NCBI GenBank assembly: GCA_965220745.1
Contig: CBDCQT010000013.1
Coordinates: forward strand, 608,001 to 672,000
From: Alphaproteobacteria bacterium
GTDB lineage: Bacteria > Pseudomonadota > Alphaproteobacteria > UBA828
Length of the DNA: 64,000 nt
Reading direction: 5' to 3'
Below are positions 59,912 to 64,000 of this stretch, piece by piece. The notes under the pieces are model-generated. The model did not search any database, was not told where the DNA came from, and saw only the letters and a program-made list of their open reading frames with translations. A program made the position numbers and the translations under genes. Position 1 is the first letter of the stretch, and each line of letters starts with the position of its first letter.

Positions 59912-61563
59912 AGCGTACCAGGGCGTTCCCCTGTTCCGCCGCAGAGTGGCTGGGCCTGCAGGGGAACGCCCTGATTCCCGCACGGCGTCGGGGTTCCGAG
60001 GGCTCCGGCGGCCTCATCCGCCACCCCGCCATGGACGAGTGGGTCAGGCGCGTCTGCGCCGTGTACGCTGACGGCCGCTGCCTGATCGCCGAAGGCTATG
60101 AGAGCGACCGCAGGCTGCGCGCGGCTCTCATAGAGCTCCGCCGCAACGGCAGTGTCCCCGGCCGACTGATCGAGCGCACCGCCGACCTCGACGAGATCGC
60201 GGCGTGCTGGCGCAGGGCAGCGCATGAGGCGGCGGGCGGCGAGGCGCCTGCAGCGCACAAGGTGCGCACCCTCTTCGAAGAGGCCGCCGCGGCCAAGGCC
60301 AGTGACGTCGTCTTCGAGAACGACGGCGGGCTCTGCCGCGTCCACGGCATCGTCAACGACCGCAAGCTCCAGCTCGCAGCCCCCATGCCAGCAGACGAGG
60401 GCCGCGAGGTCATGGGCTTCCTCTTCCACTGCAAGGACGAGGGATCGGCACAGACCTCGTACCAGAGAAGCGCCTTCCAGGGCTTCTCGGTCCGAGCCGG
60501 CGGCCAGGTGCCGCTGCCCTCGACGGTCTCCGCGCTGCGCTGCCAGCGCGGCCCCCACGAGCCCGACGGCGATCATCTGTTCGCCCGCCTCTTCTACCGT
60601 GACCGTATCGCCAAGGGCACCACTCTGGAGAGCCTCGGCTTCTCTGCAGAGGAGGCGGCGGTGTTCTCGGAGATCCGCATGTCGCTCCGGGGCGGCATCT
60701 TCCTCGGCGGCACGGCGGGGGACGGCAAGTCCACCACGCTGGCTACCAATCTCGCGCTCCAGATGGAGGAGGCGCAGGGCCAGCTCAACGTGGTGACCAT
60801 CGAGGACCCGGTGGAATACCCCATTCCGGGCGCGGTGCAGATCGCGGTGCCCACCACGGGCTCCGGCGAGGAGCGCGGCAGGCACTTCAGGGACGCGCTG
60901 ATGCACTTCTGCAGGGTGCATCCGGCGTCGGGAATGGTGTCCGAGATCAGGGACGCGGACGCGGCCCGGCAGGTGCTGCAGTTCATCGACACCGGCCACC
61001 AGGTGTGGACCACCATCCACGTCCACTCCGCCAACGCGATCCTTTTCCGCCTGCTCGACATGGGGGTGGGCACCGCCGAGGTGTGCAAGCCCGGCAACAT
61101 CGAGCTGCTGATGAAGCAGACCCTGCTTCCCAGGCTCTGCGACGCATGCGCGCTCGAAGAGCCTGCGGGAGGCAAGGCGGTCCCCGACTGGCTGGGGCGG
61201 CATCTCCGCAACTGGCCCGGAGTGCGCTTCCGCAACCCGCAGGGCTGCGAGACCTGCAATCGCGAAGACCGAAGTGTCGTGGCGGGCAAGGCCTGGAACG
61301 GCTACGCGCAGCAGACGGCAATTGCCGAGACCATCCGCCCCGATGCGGCCTACCTCGCCTTCGTGCGCCAGCGCGACCCGGCAGGCGCCTGGGAGCACTG
61401 GGTGACCCATATGGGCGGCAGGCCCATGGGCGAGCGCATCTGGGCGCTGGTGGCGGCCGGCCGTGCGGACCCCTTCGATGCGCTGCGCAAGGGCGCACGG
61501 GTGAACCAGGCGGAGGCCGTGGATGCCTCGCCGCTTCCGGCCTCCGGGGAAGACGCCGCATGA
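59908..61563 (+). CDS. Type IV pilus assembly ATPase (PilQ/BfpD, GspE-like)
   Basis: Walker A GGTAGDGKST, Asp box TIEDPVEY, SEIRD, His box TGHQVWTTIH, tetra-Cys LCDAC...GCETC. Confidence 0.9.
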   Translation: MKRTRAFPCSAAEWLGLQGNALIPARRRGSEGSGGLIRHPAMDEWVRRVCAVYADGRCLIAEGYESDRRLRAALIELRRNGSVPGRLIERTADLDEIAACWRRAAHEAAGGEAPAAHKVRTLFEEAAAAKASDVVFENDGGLCRVHGIVNDRKLQLAAPMPADEGREVMGFLFHCKDEGSAQTSYQRSAFQGFSVRAGGQVPLPSTVSALRCQRGPHEPDGDHLFARLFYRDRIAKGTTLESLGFSAEEAAVFSEIRMSLRGGIFLGGTAGDGKSTTLATNLALQMEEAQGQLNVVTIEDPVEYPIPGAVQIAVPTTGSGEERGRHFRDALMHFCRVHPASGMVSEIRDADAARQVLQFIDTGHQVWTTIHVHSANAILFRLLDMGVGTAEVCKPGNIELLMKQTLLPRLCDACALEEPAGGKAVPDWLGRHLRNWPGVRFRNPQGCETCNREDRSVVAGKAWNGYAQQTAIAETIRPDAAYLAFVRQRDPAGAWEHWVTHMGGRPMGERIWALVAAGRADPFDALRKGARVNQAEAVDASPLPASGEDAA

Positions 61564-62609
61564 GCCAGTTCGCACAGAAACTCGCGGGCACGTTCCTGCT
61601 CGGGCGCAAGGCCCGTGTGGACGTCTTCCGCATGGTGGCCGATCTGCTGGACGCGGGGTTCTCGCTGGAGCGCGCGCTGGAGATCGCCGCACGGGCGGCG
61701 AAGGACCAGGGTCAGCACGGCAGGGCGCAGCTCCTCGGGGCCTGGCGCAAGGCGCTGCTGGAGGACCGCTTCGCGGATGCCGTTGCAGGAAGCCTGCCGG
61801 CTTCCGAGGCGATGATCTTCCACGCCTATGGGCGCGTCGATGCGGCGATGCTGTTCGCCGCCGCCGCACGCGTCGCGGAGATGCGCGAGCGCCAGATCGC
61901 GGCGGTGTGGAAGGCGCTGGCCATGCCCCTGGTGCTGGCTCTGGGCCTGGTGCTGATGCTCTGGGCCGCCGGCGGCCACTTCATCCCCGTCATCGAGAGC
62001 GTGAGCCCGCCCGAGCAGTGGGGCTCCGGCGCGCGTCTCTTCCGCAGCGTCTCTGTCTGGCTCAACGCCAACACCCTGGCGTTCGGCGCCACGCTCCTGG
62101 GTCTCGTCGCGGCCGTCACGGCCGCGATGGTGGCCTGGACCGGGCCCGGCCGCACCGTTCTCGACAGGATCGCACCGTTCTCGCTCTACCGCACGCTCAC
62201 CGGCTCCGCCTTCCTGTTCGTGACCATGGAGTTCCTGGCGGCGGGCATCGACGTCAACGACCGCACCTTCGAGGCGCTGAAGCGCGCCGCCTCCCCCTAC
62301 GCCCGTCACCGCATCGCGGCGATCCAGGGGCACATGGCGCGGGGCGTGGGCCTCGGGCGCAGCATGGTCATGGCGGGACACGGCTTCCCGGACCCCTCCC
62401 TGGTTCCCGTGGTTGCGGCGCTGGACGGGGCGCCGGGATGGGAGAGGAAGCTCGCGCGCTTCGTGGAGCGCTGGGTGGGGCGCTCGGACGAGCTGCTGCG
62501 CGCTCGCGCTGCGCTTCTCAACGGCACGCTTCTCATTGTGGCGGCACTGGTCATGGGCTCGGGCATCGACGCGATGTTCTCGATCCTGGAACAGGCCGCC
62601 CGGTACTGA
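61560..62609 (+). CDS. Inner-membrane platform protein (PilR/BfpE, GspF-like)
   Basis: Three TM segments, LDRIAPFSLYR...GSAFL, AGHGFPD. Confidence 0.82.
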   Translation: MSQFAQKLAGTFLLGRKARVDVFRMVADLLDAGFSLERALEIAARAAKDQGQHGRAQLLGAWRKALLEDRFADAVAGSLPASEAMIFHAYGRVDAAMLFAAAARVAEMRERQIAAVWKALAMPLVLALGLVLMLWAAGGHFIPVIESVSPPEQWGSGARLFRSVSVWLNANTLAFGATLLGLVAAVTAAMVAWTGPGRTVLDRIAPFSLYRTLTGSAFLFVTMEFLAAGIDVNDRTFEALKRAASPYARHRIAAIQGHMARGVGLGRSMVMAGHGFPDPSLVPVVAALDGAPGWERKLARFVERWVGRSDELLRARAALLNGTLLIVAALVMGSGIDAMFSILEQAARY

Positions 62610-62623
62610 CGGAGGAAAAGGAC

Positions 62624-63271
62624 ATGGAAGGCTTCATCGGCGACGGCAACCGGGCCCTCGACAATCCTGGCCTGAGGCAAGGGGGCGGCGCGGCGCCCGC
62701 TGCGGGGCGCCTGCGGCGCCTGCGCCAGAAACGCTGGCGCCGGGGCTTCAGCCTCTTCGGGGTGCTGCTGGGGCTGACCCTCGCTGCGGTGGCCATCGTG
62801 GGGGCCGTCAGCCTCTACAACGCCGCCCGCGAGTCCGCCAACCGCTCCGAGGCGCTGACCCTGCTCAACCGGCTGCGCGCCAACGTGGAGAGCGTCTTCG
62901 CAGGCGCCCCCTCCTACGGCAACAACACGAACCTGATCGCCACCATCGACCGCAGGGGTGGCATCCCCGACAGCGCACGCACGGTGCGGGGCAACAGGGT
63001 CCAGATCCGCCACCCCTTCGGCGGCCTGGTGAGCGTGACCGGCGGCCCCGGCGGGGCCACCAACCAGTTTCTGATCGTCTTCAACGACGTGGACGACGAG
63101 GTTTGCGCGGCGCTGGGCGACGCCTATGCCGGCCGCACCCGCGCCAGGGCGGGAATCGTGTCGATCACGGTGAACGGCACCACCCTGGCCTCGCCGGTGA
63201 CGGTGGCGCAGGTGACGGCCAACTGCGACGACGGCGCCGGCGCCAACGATATCGGGTTCACCTTCGGATGA
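62624..63271 (+). CDS. Type IVb major prepilin (PilS-like)
   Basis: 41-aa basic leader ending RRG|FSL, hydrophobic helix, HPFGG.V.V, C-terminal Cys pair (VCAAL...ANC). Confidence 0.82.
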   Translation: MEGFIGDGNRALDNPGLRQGGGAAPAAGRLRRLRQKRWRRGFSLFGVLLGLTLAAVAIVGAVSLYNAARESANRSEALTLLNRLRANVESVFAGAPSYGNNTNLIATIDRRGGIPDSARTVRGNRVQIRHPFGGLVSVTGGPGGATNQFLIVFNDVDDEVCAALGDAYAGRTRARAGIVSITVNGTTLASPVTVAQVTANCDDGAGANDIGFTFG

Positions 63272-63312
63272 CTAGGCGAAGCCTGGACATGCGAGGCGCG
63301 GATAGGCGCAGC

Positions 63313-64000
63313 ATGACCATGCGTGGCGTGAGCCCGGGCGGCAAGAAGCCGCTTCGCCGGTACCGTGTGGGCGCAGGCGCGCTTGTAGCGGTGCTGCTTC
63401 TGGCGGCGCTGGCGGGCACCGGGCTTGCGGTCCATTACGCGGCGCAGCATGCGGCGCGGCAGGTGGCGTCGTCCTTCGACGCGGGCCGGGTGTTCGGCGA
63501 ATGGGTGCTGGCGGCGCACCGGGCGAGCCAGGAGCACGACTTCTCGCCGCGCCTCGAGACCGAGCCCGCCTTCGTGCTGACGCCGGCCGCGCTTCGGACC
63601 CTGGGTGCGGCGCCGCCGGGGCTGCCCACACATGCAGGCCGTCTCGCCTCCTTCATGGTCGGCATCATGGAGGACGGCCGCGGAGGACCAGGGAGTTTGC
63701 CTGGACCGGGGCGTTCCCCTGTGGCGATGGCTTTCGGTGTGCTGGAGCCGGCGCGTCCGGAGGCGGCCCCGGCCTTGCGGAGCGGCGCCATCGCCGCCGG
63801 TCTCGCCGCGCTTGCGGAGGCCGGCAGCGCAGAGACGTCGATGGCGGCTCACGTACCTGCCATCGAGGCCGCGCTGGGGCGGCCGCTTGCAGCGGACGGA
63901 CTCTACGTCACGGCGGACGCAGGGTTGCACTACAAGGACGCGGTTCTCTACCGGCGCCCGCAGCCCGGGCGGCCGGGGTTGAACCGCATGGAGACGGCCC
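63313..64000 (+). CDS. PilV-like tip adhesin, N-terminal constant region (runs off the window)
   Basis: Open frame from the ATG at 63313 to the window end; hydrophobic N-helix; LYRRPQPGRPGLNRMET resembles the PilV LYR...G.P.LN.M.T motif. Confidence 0.65.
   Translation, partial: MTMRGVSPGGKKPLRRYRVGAGALVAVLLLAALAGTGLAVHYAAQHAARQVASSFDAGRVFGEWVLAAHRASQEHDFSPRLETEPAFVLTPAALRTLGAAPPGLPTHAGRLASFMVGIMEDGRGGPGSLPGPGRSPVAMAFGVLEPARPEAAPALRSGAIAAGLAALAEAGSAETSMAAHVPAIEAALGRPLAADGLYVTADAGLHYKDAVLYRRPQPGRPGLNRMETA

Larger units (their letters stand above)
54633..63721. repeat. Dispersed intragenic 18-bp repeat family (consensus nACCrGGGnGTTCCCCTG), about 17 copies
   Basis: Copies at 54633-54686 (x3, degenerate), 55294-55311 (-), 56231-56266 (x2, -), 57524-57577 (x3), 59226-59297 (x4), 59916-59933, 59959-59973 (-), 63686-63721 (x2). 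Confidence 0.85.

Overview
High-GC bacterial DNA, most likely from an alphaproteobacterium (Rhodospirillales-like). This is inferred from the carD-fdxA-hslR-helicase block, the SAM-II/alpha riboswitch and metZ. 1-45 kb is mostly chromosomal: the 3' part of guaA, a GS/amidohydrolase amine-catabolism trio, tRNA-Arg(CCT), a MocR-controlled catabolic cluster (IlvD-like, frameshifted MocD-like desaturase, PanB-like, MocE ferredoxin, TRAP transporter, proline-racemase family), allE, tRNA-Pro(GGG), a cargo-carrying IS1-family element with IRs and an 8-bp TSD, SAM-II riboswitch plus metZ, a FadF/EMO-EtfB fusion with etfA, a Rieske/BBOX pair, carD with an H1-like extension, and htpG. 45-64 kb looks like an integrated mobile element. 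It holds a tyrosine integrase, an IS1182 with a mutated catalytic Asp, an IS1111-type IS110 inserted into an IS66 remnant (its non-coding RNA region visibly matches its target and its own end), a phage-like cI/cro switch, and a type IVb pilus operon (pilN,O,?,?,P,Q,R,S,V) that runs off the window. The most unexplained signal is an 18-bp quasi-palindromic motif (consensus nACCrGGGnGTTCCCCTG). About 17 copies sit inside five pilus genes, in different reading frames and on both strands. All calls were made by eye from motifs; no database searches were run.
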